Below are positions 39,601-52,932 of a DNA stretch of 64,000 bases, piece after piece. Under the pieces are notes generated by a model that made no database searches, had not been told where the DNA came from, and saw only the letters and a program-made list of their open reading frames with translations. Numbering within the stretch: the first letter of the stretch is position 1; each line of letters starts with the position of its first letter. This stretch comes from Perna viridis (Eukaryota). Made by a program: the position numbers and the translations under genes. The stretch spans positions 21,948,001-22,012,000 of the forward strand of contig CM074517.1 in assembly GCA_037379345.1 (NCBI GenBank). Direction: 5' to 3'.

Positions 39601-42600
39601 ATTTGCTACACAGTTACAATTGGGCTACATCAAGCACCAAAACATTTATTCATCGGTGCACCTGGGTCCATCCTACTAGTTTTTAGTGGAGTCCGGATTG
39701 CTCTTTTAGTTTATTTTCTTATACGTTTTATTTTGGTTATATTAAATAACATATTTGTGTTCTCCCTATATAGTCTTTTATCCTTGGAATATATTTTTGT
39801 CTACCGTACGAAACTTGGCTCCTTGATAACTCTTTTCGTGGCCACTTTTTAACAGGAGAAAAATTATTGTCTTAGTTTAAGTTTACTCTATAGACCCTAA
39901 CGTGATAATCACGGGGAAGTCAGTGAACATGCTCAGATAACACTTCCACGAGGAAAAGTCTATTGTTCACTCCAAGTCCTACCTCGCGGAAATATATGTC
40001 ACGCATGCTCATCGAATATCCCCAGTTACCACAAAAGGGCTGATTGGTTACATTTATATCCCCTTTTTCTGTTTCTGTATTGCACTTTCATATAATATTT
40101 GTTTACATAACTTTAACTAAACGTAGACTGCATAACATTGATAATTTCAGGTGAAATTACCACATATCTCTACAGTTACTGGCATAATAACTCAAGGAAA
40201 AGATGGACCGGGTAAGGAATGGGTAACAAAATACAGAGTGTTATACAGCGATGATTGCAAGCAGTGGCACATGGTTAATCCTGTCGGTGGAGGGGTTAGT
40301 GTTAGTCTAGCAGATAGAGAGAAAATGTGATTCAAAAGATCAAAATAATTACTTGTTGTCATAGATACAATTAAGATCTAAAGCTACATAACTCTGTTTA
40401 TTGCAAACACGATCTCTCTTTGATGTGCATACCTAAATTAATATCCATTTTAAGGGAACTAAATTCTGAAACTATAATTATGTAGAGAGATTAGAAGTTT
40501 CTGATTATCGATTTAATGTCTTATGAAACTCGAGAAGGAACTACGTTATGTTTGTTAGATCCTGTAATTCCAGAACTACTTGGATGATAAAAGTACAATG
40601 TACTTTATAAGAAAGGAAGAAGTCATCCAAACGTTAACCTCTGAATGAATTCGTAACACTATTTAGTCATTTTCTGACTGAATGGAATGATTCCAAATAT
40701 ATAAATTGTAGATATATATTTTCATATTCTTTTGTGAATGTTTAAGGCATTAGTTTTAAGCAATAAGAAACCTACATACAAAACTGAAGTTTGTCATATT
40801 TTACGCTTAGTAACAACAACACTGAATTAATTCAAAATGACTCTCAACGAATATGCTATTTTTATTTCTCGAATAATTGAAATGAAGCCCTTAATTGTGT
40901 CCAGGTTTATTTTACAAAGTTGATGCATGTCTTCTGCGATAGAGTACAATTCTATATTTATTACTACAGTATATTCCTTGTTCTTTAGAAAGATCCATAA
41001 TAGTTCAAGAACCTTATGGATCAGTAGATCACTTTACAGGATGTGTTTTTCAGTCTGTAACTAGTCCGTTTACGGCTACCAAGTATCTAATATAAGAAGT
41101 TCCGAACTGATCAAATTTAGGGAGTAGTCCAAATGAATAGCAAAAAGGAAACTTCGTATAACAAATGGCATTATCAGGGTGAAAACAGCAAATTTCATAC
41201 CTAATCTTTGGGAAGTTAGGGAGATATATAAAGTTACTCTTCTTGGTTTTGTATACATAGAGATGAGACTATTTACATTTCATGTGGCCAAAATCCTCGA
41301 GTCGTCGATATCTTCTCAATGCATCCGTATATGCCAGAGACTGTACTTTTATTTGTCACTATTGTACAATAGGTTTACGTCTTTCATTTATTGTGATATC
41401 AGGACTTCAGTCTTTCATGAAAACGAATAATTTGGTCAAGTTATGTCCTTTGATAAAATATATATTTGTTCCAGAGCTTCAGAGGAAATTCTGATGAGTC
41501 AACTGAAGTGCTAAACATGTTCAGCCGTGAGGTGCAAGCTTTGTGTATCAAGATAAATCCTTCAGTATGGAACAACCACATATCTCTCAGAATGGACTTA
41601 ATAGGTTGCTTTAGTTTAAACAGCCACATGCCATCTGTTTCAAATTTAGCTATACCTACTACACAAGCATTCAAAAATCCGACGTTACCAGCTTCGACTG
41701 TCAGTAAATCTGCATCATCCACCAAACAACAAGTTTCATATTGTCATAATTCTTTGATTAATAACAAAACACTTGGTTCAGAAGTTAACTTGACTGCATC
41801 AAGTACTTTTCACAATCCAACTATACAATCGATGCCGGAAAGAGCACTTCTGGATACTAGTAAAATATTTCTTCAACAAGGTACAATGCTTGGTGGATGG
41901 TCACCTGCTGGAAATGGCCAAAACTACATTCAGGTATGAAATTGTTTTGTTTTATCTCAAATAGGATTGTTTTTGTTTTTGCTTCCTCTCGAATTTGCCT
42001 TGTTGAGAAAATGGCTGGCTTTATATGCCCCGGAAAATGGTATGCTCTATGTTTTGTCATATATCTACAATATATCTACAATATCTATACTTGCTACTCC
42101 AAGTTGTCAAAATTGTTCACACATAGTTTAAAGTGTCTAACAGATGAATAATTTGAACAAATGTTGTCTATTAATTTACAGACTCACCACCAACCTGCTT
42201 TCAATTACATCACGATCAATTTTGTCTTCTCAGGCGTCGTTTTCTGACGTGCAGATGATTCAAAGTGTAATTACCCAAGGAATGGACAAATCTCTACAAT
42301 GGGTTACAAAGTTTTCTATTTACTACAGTGAAGATTGTATTAACTGGCAACAGCTTAGAAACCCTAAGGTAATGTTATGTTAAACTCAAATCCAATGAAT
42401 GCTATCATATGTGCAAGGGAAATCTTTTGATACAGGATTCGAATGAAAGAGATCCAGAGATAACAACTAAAAGAAAATAGACATACACAACAAAGAACAT
42501 GGAAAAACAAACTTAACACACTCATAGAAACTAACCGGGCTCCACTTAAATGTGAGCACTGATATGGTGCACTGGTATGATTAGCGTTCCCTGTTTCTTT

Positions 42601-45600
42601 TTCTTTTTTTTTTTGAGATCAGTTGCTCGTAAAATGTCACATCCAGAGTAAACAAGAGGAAAACTAAGCAAAATTAACCATTCGGTTAAAATGCAGACGG
42701 ACCATAACGACCTACGATGATTATGACCATATAACTTTTGTAGTGGTGACTTTAATCTTGTATTTAAAACACAACGCTGTTCCAGAAGACATGTTTTAAA
42801 GAACCTTACATGTTTTGAAAATTAAGCGTATATTCTACAAGCTTTGGCATAAGGTATGCTGTAGACTTGTTTCAACGAGTAACTTCTTACGTCTTATCAG
42901 TATTTGAACAGAATACTTAGGAGGTTCAAATACAAAGTCCTTTAATGATATGTTAAATCGTTTCCCAATATTCATTACGGGAAAAGAACCTCAATGTCAT
43001 AGCGATATTTCGAATTTGTACTAAAATAAATAAATCGGTAAATAATATGTTACAACTGGTTCCGGTAAGACAGCTCTAGCTACCGGAATGGTGAATATTT
43101 ACCGGATCATATTATCATAAAACATAACAATCACATAAATATTGCACATTTTGGTATGTTGTACACACGTTTCAAGGGGTAACTTTTCATCAGGAGCCTT
43201 TTTATACAAATACTTGAGTCGTACTCCATCTAAGAATCATGCAAAATATTATTCATGGTTGGAAAGCCTACATATTTTTTATTTTTTGATAAATTTGTTT
43301 AAAATGCTTAAGTAAACAGATAGTAACATGTGGTATTTCATATAACCCCTGTTCATGAGAGATACCTAATTTATATAGAATGTACTGTAGAATTCAAAAT
43401 TAAGGGAGATATGCTGTAAGTGACAATAAAATACAATAGAAAAATATTTAGCCTTTTTGGAAGTATGCTAAGACTGCTACTTGATAAGTTACAGTTTCAG
43501 GTTCGCAGTTGGAATCCAAATTCAGAAAGGAAAGAATTCATTGCGTTTGTCGTATTGTTTAGTCATGTTTTTTTTCCTGTCCATTGATCTCTAAAGTAAG
43601 AAGATATGAACCTGACTTTATAGTGTCTCACCAACCTTTATCGCATGTTATAACATATGTCATTGCTTAAATTTAGCAAATAAATTCTCACAGGAGAGCA
43701 TGACAAATAAATCCTGTATCTGTTAGTTGCTGTCAACGCAATATGTGAACTTTAACGGTTTTGATATTTAACATGTAAATTTAGATTCTTAGATCAAATC
43801 CATATGTTGTTGTTAAGTACGAAATACCTTAGTCATAATTGTTTGTAAAGAAATTGTAAGGTATCAGTCTTGTATTGAATACTCTTTAGCGGATATACGT
43901 CAAAATATGGAGGCTAAAATATAGTGCACATCTTATTTATAATTTTTTTTATTTGCCTTTTTCTACCTTTTGCATTTTTCATCAAAAGTACATGGTAAAT
44001 AACAAGCTTTGACATAAACACTTGTTTTTCAGGATAAACAGTATGTTCAGGAGAAATAATGCTTCAGACATAAGGTCTATTTTATGAACTCAAATAAAGA
44101 TTGAAAGTAGGAAATATCTGTTTCCTTTTCTATTTTGAGCAAGATTACTTTTAACATATCATTACGTTTGTTGAAGCATGTGGCAAATATGTCTGGATAA
44201 AAAAAACACATGTAATCTGAAAATTTCGTAAGAAATTTACGACAGTTGCATGGAGACTTAGTGACACTAAGTTCCGATACAACGTTCTTAAATTTCTCAC
44301 GAAATTTTCATTACAAACTATAATAAAGTATCTCAACGTACTTCTCAAAGTTTTTTTTCTACTAGCTGTCGCCTAATTAAGTCTGGATTAATTGAAAAAC
44401 CATACATTCTGAAACACTATAACTATAACTGAAAAGATCCAAATGATTTAAATGCAGTGTCTATAAACACAGCTTGTTGATTGCATATGTCAACTCGACG
44501 GAAAAAAGTTTATATCCTTTGCATTATTGCATTGCATTATTGCCTATGTTATCACCCTGAGACATTTTTATTTCGAACCGAGGGACGATATAAACTGAGG
44601 ACTGGAAAATATTAAGATTACTTTTAACATATGTCTGGATAAAAAAAATCTGTAATCTGAAAATGGCGTATTCCACACATTTTCAATACCAGTAATTTAA
44701 AGGCTAGTAGATAGAGTGAGTGGTCTATTTGATCTTACCGCCTTAAATTATCTATCTCGTGCTTGTGTCGTGATACTTAAAACATAATCAGCAATTTGTC
44801 CTGACAATTCATGTTAAATTGACTGTTTCGTCGCCTATATACAGAAAAGGGTCTCACTATGTTTGATGTCAGTAAATCTCACGAGAGAGACGGTGCCATG
44901 TTATATACCCTGCTTAACCTTTTTATGCCTTGAGGGGAACATAACATACTTTTATTAGCATATGCAAAATTGGTTGTTTTTTTTATAATATATGTCATAA
45001 ATACAGAGATGTATTACTTAGTTACAGTTATTGAGTTGTAATGTTGAGTAAATCATTTCCAAAAAAATCCATATTCGAATTATACTGGTCTGTATTTTTA
45101 ACACCAAAGAAGCGAAATATTTCATACAATATTTGATTAAAAGAAGTTGAATTATTTCGCCCTTTTAGATCTTTTAAAATGTTAATGTAACTAAATGTAT
45201 TCTTTTGCAGGAATTTCAGGCCAACAACGATGACAATACTAAAGTCCATAATAAATTAGGTTGCCCGATTTTTGCAAAGTGCATTAGAATTTATCCGACA
45301 GGTTTTCATAACTATACAGGGCTTCGATTTGATCTAATTGGATGTAACATCAAAGGTAGACTTCTTGACAGTGATATCATTTACGACTCCGGAAGCGATT
45401 TTAACTAGAAACAATCACGGTTATCGTTGTTCATTGAACTATCATAACGTATACAATTATGCTCAATCTATTAGTGGATATAAAAGAGGCATTCAAAGCT
45501 GCGGAACAAAAACTGAAAACAAAAGAATTGAAGATAAAACATATACCAACAAGAAAAAACAAACAACATTTATAAACTTAACAAAAATAAATGTAAAAGA

Positions 45601-48600
45601 CTAAATAATACCAAAGAACACAGAACATATATGTTGTATGGGAAAGCTTTCTCTCTTCTCACAAACAATTATAGATATTACATAGATACATTAATTGATT
45701 TATATAATTCAGATATTCAGAAATAATGGACTCCAGAGGACAAGCTGATAAGACATTACACATACGGAAAACACTAAAGTAGATAAAAACAAGCACAAAC
45801 AAAATGAAAAGAGTAAAACAAAAAATACAAATACACAGAAAACCAAAGAAGAGTACTCCGATTTTTCGTTAGTAATGATTGGTCACTTATTTTCACTGGT
45901 TATTCGTTTTAAATCGGAATGAGCTTACGATAAAATAATTTTCATAGAGAGAATTTAATAAATAAACAGCAATCCTAACAATTTTTCCAAGGGGAAATTG
46001 GTAGGCCCATCAGTTAAAAAACCAATTGCAAGACAAACGCACAATATGTTTCTGTCATTTTAATGCTACAGGCCATGTTTGCTGTTAGTATCAATACAAT
46101 TTATTTTAAAATAACGTTTAATATATCAGTGTAATGCGTACATACCAAAATTTGTTCGGCATGAAATGGTATTCAAAACTTGTTTTGTTTGATGCTTTTG
46201 TCTTAAATTTCAGATAACAAGAATTCCGCGATTGGCTTAAAAAATCCTTCAACAACAGTACCGACGTTATCATCTGTGTCAACCACACAAAATTCAATTT
46301 CATCGACAATATCACCTTCACCTTCACCGATAAGCGTTTCAACTAAAACTACACAGGCAACATCGTCTGTACCTTTTTCACCGACAAAGTCAACACCGAA
46401 AACGTCAATGACATCATCAATAGTGACATCGTCAACAACAAAAGCAACTAAATTTTTCACCTCTACAGTGACAACGCCATCTTCAACAATATCAGTGACA
46501 ACTCCAACAACATCAAAAACAACACTTTCAACAACAAAAACTCCTACTCATATTACTCACAACGTACTTCCGACTGGCAAAGCATCAAACTATAATTCTA
46601 AGGATCCTATAGATTGCAAAAGAGCTTTACTAATGTTTACATGTTTACATCCTATAGTAAGAAGGCATTGTTTTTATTCCTGTAATCCAAAACAAGCAGT
46701 TATCTCAGCAATTTTTAGTAGCACTTCATCACCTGTGTCAGCTAGTTCCTCTATTACTCAGTCAAGGGGGCAAGTCAATAGTGTACACTATTCTAGTGCT
46801 ATGTCTTTGGCATCTTCGCAAACACCGTCTATCGTATCGTCAGTATTGACACAGTATTCTCCTTTAGTGTCTTCTCAACAGTTAGTAATTCAGTCTCATA
46901 CATCGCATGGTTTTTCAACACCTTTGTCACCGTCTTATTCTACAATCGCTATGAAATCATACTCACCCAGTCAATCTACTTCACTACCCGTAAAACCGTC
47001 AGCCAGTGCACCTACAACGCACCAATCTACTATCACATTGTCAGCGACCCCATCTTCTCTAATTCAAACGTCATCATCTATACCGAGTATGACTTCTTCT
47101 ACTATGATCGTAACTACACCATTGCATCATTCCCATATAGTCTTACCTACTGGACAAGCATCAATATACAGTCCTCTTGATCCTTTAGACTGTAAACGTT
47201 CACTGTTGAAGTTTTCATGTAGCTTATCAATTATTGCCAAGCACTGCCCAAACTCTTGTTCTAAATCTTCAAGCATCGTCATCTCATATTCTCCTAGTTC
47301 AAGCGTGGTAGCTTCAGCTCAAAGCTCAAAACCTACAAACAGTATCAGTAATGTTGCTTCTAGTTCGAGTATACACACAAGTTCCAAACCTTTCAATAGT
47401 ATAAGCTCTAGTTTATTTGTACCAGTTCCTACTTCAAGCTTGTATACTTCAAACATGCTTAGCCGTAGTGTTTTTAGTACAAATATAAAATCTGGTAGTC
47501 CATATTTCACACAAACACACCCTTTGTCATCTTCTTCTACTTTTTCAGCCCAGCTTCTGTATATGTCGTCAGACAGACTGTCAAGATTAACTGCCCAAAC
47601 CTTAACTTCAAACACAAACATACCTTCATTATCAATTAATTCAATTTCTACTTTGAACCAACAGCTATCTTCTACAAAACCTTTGATTTCACAGTTTTTC
47701 AGCTCTTCGCCTCACCAAAATACGGCATTATATTCGCGTCAAGCAGCATCTCAACTTTCGAATGTTCCAATAATCTCGAGTTCTTCCAATGCCCAGCCAA
47801 AAAGTAGCCATATCTCTTTATCTACTGTTTTGTCAACAAATGGGCCTGGAAGCATACTATCCTCTATCAGCAAGCCTCTATCTTCGCTTGCGCAACTAAA
47901 AGGTATATCCGTGTCTTATTCACTGAACTCTTTGCCTATTCAGACTACTGTTAGCAGCTCCAGTGTCTCATCTAATGTCATTTCTTCATCGCTATCAAAA
48001 CCACGTTTGCCTTCATTTAGTTTCACTTCATCCAACGTTCAATCTGTATCATCAATTCTATCTTCCTCTCAAGTTGCTTCTACGAATAGCCTACCACCAA
48101 CAACGTTTGGTGTGCCGTCTTCCTTAAGTAATTTGTTGTTGTCGAAAAACATTCAAACCTCACAAGTGGCCAGTTCTATGTCTTCGTCGTCTTACTCACA
48201 AAGAAATTTGATTACCAGTACCACATTGTCAACGCAATCTGGAGTTTTGGGATCACAATCATTCCACGGTATTTCACAAATATCTGGATTAGCGTCGCCT
48301 TCGTCAAGCGCTTCTGTCTCTACCCTTGTATCTGTTAGCTCTGATATTATCTCTTCTTTGTTGAATAGTTATTCAAATATATTACCAAGCTATGCAGTTT
48401 CAACAAATAGCGTGTCCGCTTCGACAATCAACACGCCATACATCAACACAAGGTCTTCTAAATCGTCACTAGTATCTGATCTCTCATCACCACTTATTTC
48501 AAATTTATCAACACTTCATTCTATTGCTCCCTCAACATATCCTACTTTATCACCCTCTGGAAAAAATCAGCCTTTCTTCTCAAGTTCTGCTAATGGGATG

Positions 48601-50160
48601 CTTAGTTCCCCCTCTATCAAACCGTCCACTTCTTCGCAAATTCAAAACGTACAATCTTCAATATTTAGTAGTTTAATTCCTAGCTCTGATGCTATGAACA
48701 GTGCAATTTCACCACATTTCAGCCAATCTTCTGTAATTCTACAGTCTTCAAATCCTTCAACAAGCTTGCTGTCTCTAAGTTCTGTTATCTCTACTACTAA
48801 CCTTATATCAAATTTCCAATTGCCAACGACACTTTATAGTTACACGTCTGCTCCATCGACTTCAAGTACAAGTTCTTCTGGAATGAATAGCAAGTTGTTA
48901 TCATCTTCGTTTTTCTCTTTGGTAAGTTCATCTTCAGTGCATTCATCTATGCAAATGCATGTGTCTTCTATGCAAAAGATATCAATTAAGCCCCTTTTTA
49001 ATTCTGCTGTTGCTACGACTCAAGTTTCTACTGATATTAGTCCTTCAACCACTGCCACTCCATTTCCATCAATTTTGACAACTCAACTTTCCAATGTTAT
49101 ATCTTCTAAACCATCACTACTCCCCATTGCTTTATCTACTGATTCATATATTTCTTTATATCCTAGTCTTCAGCCTTCACAAAACCTTTATCTGTCGTCA
49201 GCACAACCTGGAATATCATCCTTATTTAGCAGCTTAACAAACTCAAGTCAATTTCCGTACACCTTGTCATTTTCATCTCACCTAGTCTCTCACTCTGCAC
49301 CACCAAGTTCACATTCCTCTTCAATTAGTATTGCATCGAACAGCCTACTTACACCACCATCTAAGTCGTCTTTTTCTCACCCACTAAGTACTGGAATACC
49401 TTCTTCAACGGACTCCCTGACTTCCTTGTATGGATCAATTCTATCAACCAAACCAGCAGCTTATGCTTCTACCCCCCAACATATACCTCTGTCTGCTGCT
49501 GTACAACAACCCAGTGGTCAGCTGTCTGTTACTTGTGTTCCTATCTCGTCAATGTATGCGACACCATCAAGAAGCCTTATGACAGATAGTTTGCTTTTGA
49601 TGGGCATATCAAGTGCCAGTATGTCAATGAGTATAGTACAAACACCCAGTAGCAATGTACAGTTTCAAACAAACTCCCCTTCAGTAAGTGGGATTTCATC
49701 GACTATGCTTGGATCATCACTGATTATAGCAAGTTCTTGCTATACTTTTACAGTTTTTCCAACAAGCGGTGTTAACGTCTACTTGAACTCTTCTCAAACT
49801 CTCTTAACATCAGCGTTACCAACCAGCTTTACTTCAGCAAATCAGATGTCAACATCAGTGGGAAATTTGGTTTCTAGTCCTTTTCCTACCAGACAAGTAA
49901 CTTCAATGCAAACATCTTCGCTTCCTTCACAGACTACAACTACAAGATTGCCTGTGACACATGTAGTTATTCCAACCGGTGTGGCTGGAATTTATGACAA
50001 CAGGGATCCAGTAGATTGTAGACGTTCTCTCACAATGTTTTCATGTACCAATCCAATTGTTGCAAGACATTGTCATTATTCATGCGCATCCCATCCCGCC
50101 AGTCGACCAGACATCTTTGCTGTTCCAAGAGGAAGTAGTGCTGGGAAAGGTAAAAAATAA
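30625..50160 (+). CDS. Large, probably secreted protein: four discoidin (F5/8 type C) domains, Ser/Thr-rich mucin-like region and three four-Cys ShKT-like modules (~2,100 aa)
   Basis: Exons 30625-30833, 31188-31331, 32548-32800, 33072-33277, 36172-36315, 37234-37504, 38514-38725, 40151-40294, 41475-41933, 42234-42368, 45211-45355, 46214-50149/50160, with consistent phases. Each domain shows F5/8C hallmarks: TASS, G(G/A)W, (Y/F)(I/L)Q, (I/V)TQG, WVxK(Y/F), FxxNxD, RIxPxxW, MRxxLIGC. The CDS either stops at 50160 or splices to 50549-50574 (ANRDLVNG*). Confidence 0.88.
31393..32111. mobile_element. Old MITE (AAACCTGTC...GACAGGATTAACTGTA termini) interrupted by the 31484-32003 retroposon
   Basis: Imperfect inverted termini at ~31393-31410 and ~32092-32111; the two halves rejoin at the duplicated TACTAGATTTAA. 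Confidence 0.5.
31484..32003 (-). mobile_element. 520-bp non-coding retroposon (SINE-like) with (AATC)n tail and 12-bp TSD
   Basis: TSD TACTAGATTTAA at 31472-31483 and 32004-32015. The - strand 3' end reads ATAGCTGAAATATTGCTGCTCGGACGTTAAACCCCCAACAATCAATCAATC. GC content is much higher than the flanks and several hairpins are present. Confidence 0.85.
34730..34918. other. Assembly gap (run of N) inside an intron of the discoidin gene
   Basis: 189 consecutive N. Confidence 0.99.
39652..39840 (+). mobile_element. Diverged Penelope-like 3'-end fragment
   Basis: CGGTGCACCTGGGTCCAT...AGTTTTTAGTGGAGTCCG...CTTGGCTCCTTGATAACTCTTT is the reverse complement of the 1206-1440 repeat. Confidence 0.65.
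42455..42780 (-). mobile_element. Diverged Penelope-like 3'-end fragment including the RT C-terminus
   Basis: ACATACACAACAAAGAACAT... and GACCATATAACTTTTGTAGTGGTGACTTTAATCTTGTA align with 53010-53360. Confidence 0.6.
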
Positions 50161-52324
50161 AAAGACAGATGTATGTAATCAAAGCAATTCTGACAACGAT
50201 TTTATTTCTCTTCCGTTTATATGATCTAGCAAGAATGCGAACGTCAACTAGCATATTACATTAAAACAAATCAAATTCACATTAAAAGATATTTACTCAA
50301 TATTTACCGATTATAATTATCTTTCAAAAACCCTTAAGTTTGTTTATGTGGCTGATTTTTAATATTTAACAACTTTTTATTACAATTGTTCACCATACAC
50401 TACATACTACATGGCGAAGATGGACTTTATCTATATGTTACTTTCAAGCGGATAAAAAAAAAGAAACACCTTATGATTCTTCATTTATTAATATCTTATG
50501 TTCCGCTCTGGTTTTCAACTGTTATTTTGTTTCAACATTTATTTTCAGCCAACAGAGATCTTGTAAATGGATGATTAAGTGCAAGTGAATAGTTAGGTTG
50601 TGAAAATGTAAATGGAGATTGAACTAGAAACATTTCAATCTGTGATGTAAAAATTCTAGAAATATACGAATCCACATATTTACTTGTTAAGGCTTCCTTT
50701 TTTGTTTTTTCAACATATGTGAAAATATATGATACCCTCGATTTGCACTTTACTGTTTATGAACATATATCTCTACAGTAAATAATAAAAAAATATATTT
50801 ATTGTTTATATCTAGAGACACCCCTGTTCGTTACTACAACACAGTTGTTGGTGAAACACGTCCAAGAAAAACTGATTAAAAATGTTGAATCTTTGCGCAA
50901 TTCTTACATAAAAACCAGTCTTTACTTTAAAAAAAAATACATTGATGATGTGATATGTATATTACAGTAGTTCTCGCAAATGAAATCACGCTTAGAGGCA
51001 TATTGTCAAAGTGTCAAAGTTCCCATAGATATCACAAACGTAATAATCACAAGCCTGTTATACTCGGGAAAATGCGTACAACTGCAAATATTATTCAGAT
51101 TCATTTTAATGATTATTTATCAAAAATATATTACGGTTGCATTATCTCACTGTTTATCATGTTACTTCCTTTGAGAAAATATATCTTCTCTTAACTACAA
51201 ATGACCCGTTGAGTGGTTATATTGCAATAGTTACAAAACTGGAAATAAATAATTCATTCAGTTATATAACAACACATCGCTAAAAATAAATATGCGAATT
51301 TTAGACATATAAAGGTCAATTATTAAATAATACGAAAAGAAGTATTACTCTTATGTTGTTTTTTAAATAACACCTTATTTCCGTACAAAATAATTTAAGC
51401 AACAAATTGTATTTATTTTATTTGTTTTATTTTTTCATTATAATTTGTGTACCATATTTACTGTCCTTCGAAAACACATATCAGTAAAAAATCGATAAAT
51501 ACACACACATATATATAGTGTTCGGTAATTTTGTTATTACTCTTATTTACCCTTACCTTGAAATATCATAAAATGTTTCTTCGAATAACTGCCACCGTTA
51601 ACACAATATTATAAATGTTTAAACAGTTTGGCTCTTTGTTTGTTAATTGCTTCTGTAATGACCTTCGCAGCAAAGTAAACAAAGGACAAAGCCTCTTTTA
51701 GTGTATGAGGACCAAATCAAATGTCTTTTATGTTTCATGGCCTTTCTGTCCTCTGACGTATGTTTGAGACTACATCATGGAACGTGCTTTATCAGTGATA
51801 TATTTTGATAAGAAACTAATTTAATTAAAGCATGAATATGTTCCGAATATCGTTACCTACTACAATACATTTGTAGCAAAGAAAATTAACAACAACATAA
51901 CAATGAACAACAACACACAAACAAAAACAAAACAAAATAAAATGAAAGAAACAAACATGATAAAGAATTTAAAATTGTAGTGATCTTAAGTGCCATTTCA
52001 GACACTACCACGTGTAGAGGTGATTTTTGAAGTAAAAAAAGAACATTCGATGTTTGTTCGTTCTAAGTATGCTATATTTTACTAAACGATAGCACTTTCG
52101 GTAAATATTTATTTATTTTAGAACGCAATCTTTTCATCTTCCACTTAAATCAGGAAAGATAACTCTTGCAAAGTGACAACTGTATGTATGATCTATATAA
52201 TTTTAATCTAAAATGCATATTTACCGAATGAAAAATAAGGCTGGACGTCTGGAGTGTGACTTTTTCTGAATAGAAACAAAAGTGAATTTCATGAAACTCC
52301 ACGAAAAATCCATTTTCATTTTTC

Positions 52325-52727
52325 TTATAAAATATTATTTATTATAAATTTCGTCACTTAACATTTCGAAACATTTTTATCTAAATTTAAATATGAATTT
52401 AAACGAAATATTTTGGAAATGTTCCCAAAAGAAAAGTAAGTGGCGAAGTTTATAGTACATGTAATTAAAAATGATTCAAACTGTACCAACATTATATACA
52501 GAAGTCACCTGCACATTATTATAAAATATTATTTATTATAAACTTCGTCACTTAACATTTCGAAACATATTCACCACATCTTTATCTAAATTTAAGTATG
52601 AATTTAAACGAAAATATATTGAACATGTTCCCAAAACAAAAGTAAGTGGCGAAGTTTACAGTACATGTAATTAAAAATGATTAAAATTGTACCAACATTG
52701 TATACAGAAGTCACCAGCACATTATTA
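52325..52727. repeat. Two-copy tandem duplication, ~200-bp unit
   Basis: TTATAAAATATTATTT...TTCGTCACTTAACATTTCGAAACAT...AAAAGTAAGTGGCGAAGTTTA...CAGAAGTCACC.GCACATTA occurs at ~52325 and ~52519. Confidence 0.9.
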
Positions 52728-52932
52728 TGTGTATATATGCTCATTGCTGGCAAAATTAACCTGACTGTAACCATTTTTGACTGTTACTCCAAAAAAAGTG
52801 TTAACACAGTAGCATTGGTTTAAAATGATTTTCGAACTTATTTGACTTTAACACTATACTTCAGCTCTTCATCTATAGAAATTAAGATTCTATTGTTTTA
52901 TACATGAATGATTCCCTATTAAAATGAAATAC

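Noticed and set aside
43160-43200. Hammerhead-like core on the - strand (CTGATGA-AAAGTTACCCCTT-GAAAC-GTGT-GTA)
   Set aside because: Stem II has a mismatch and stem I cannot pair; at best a decayed remnant.
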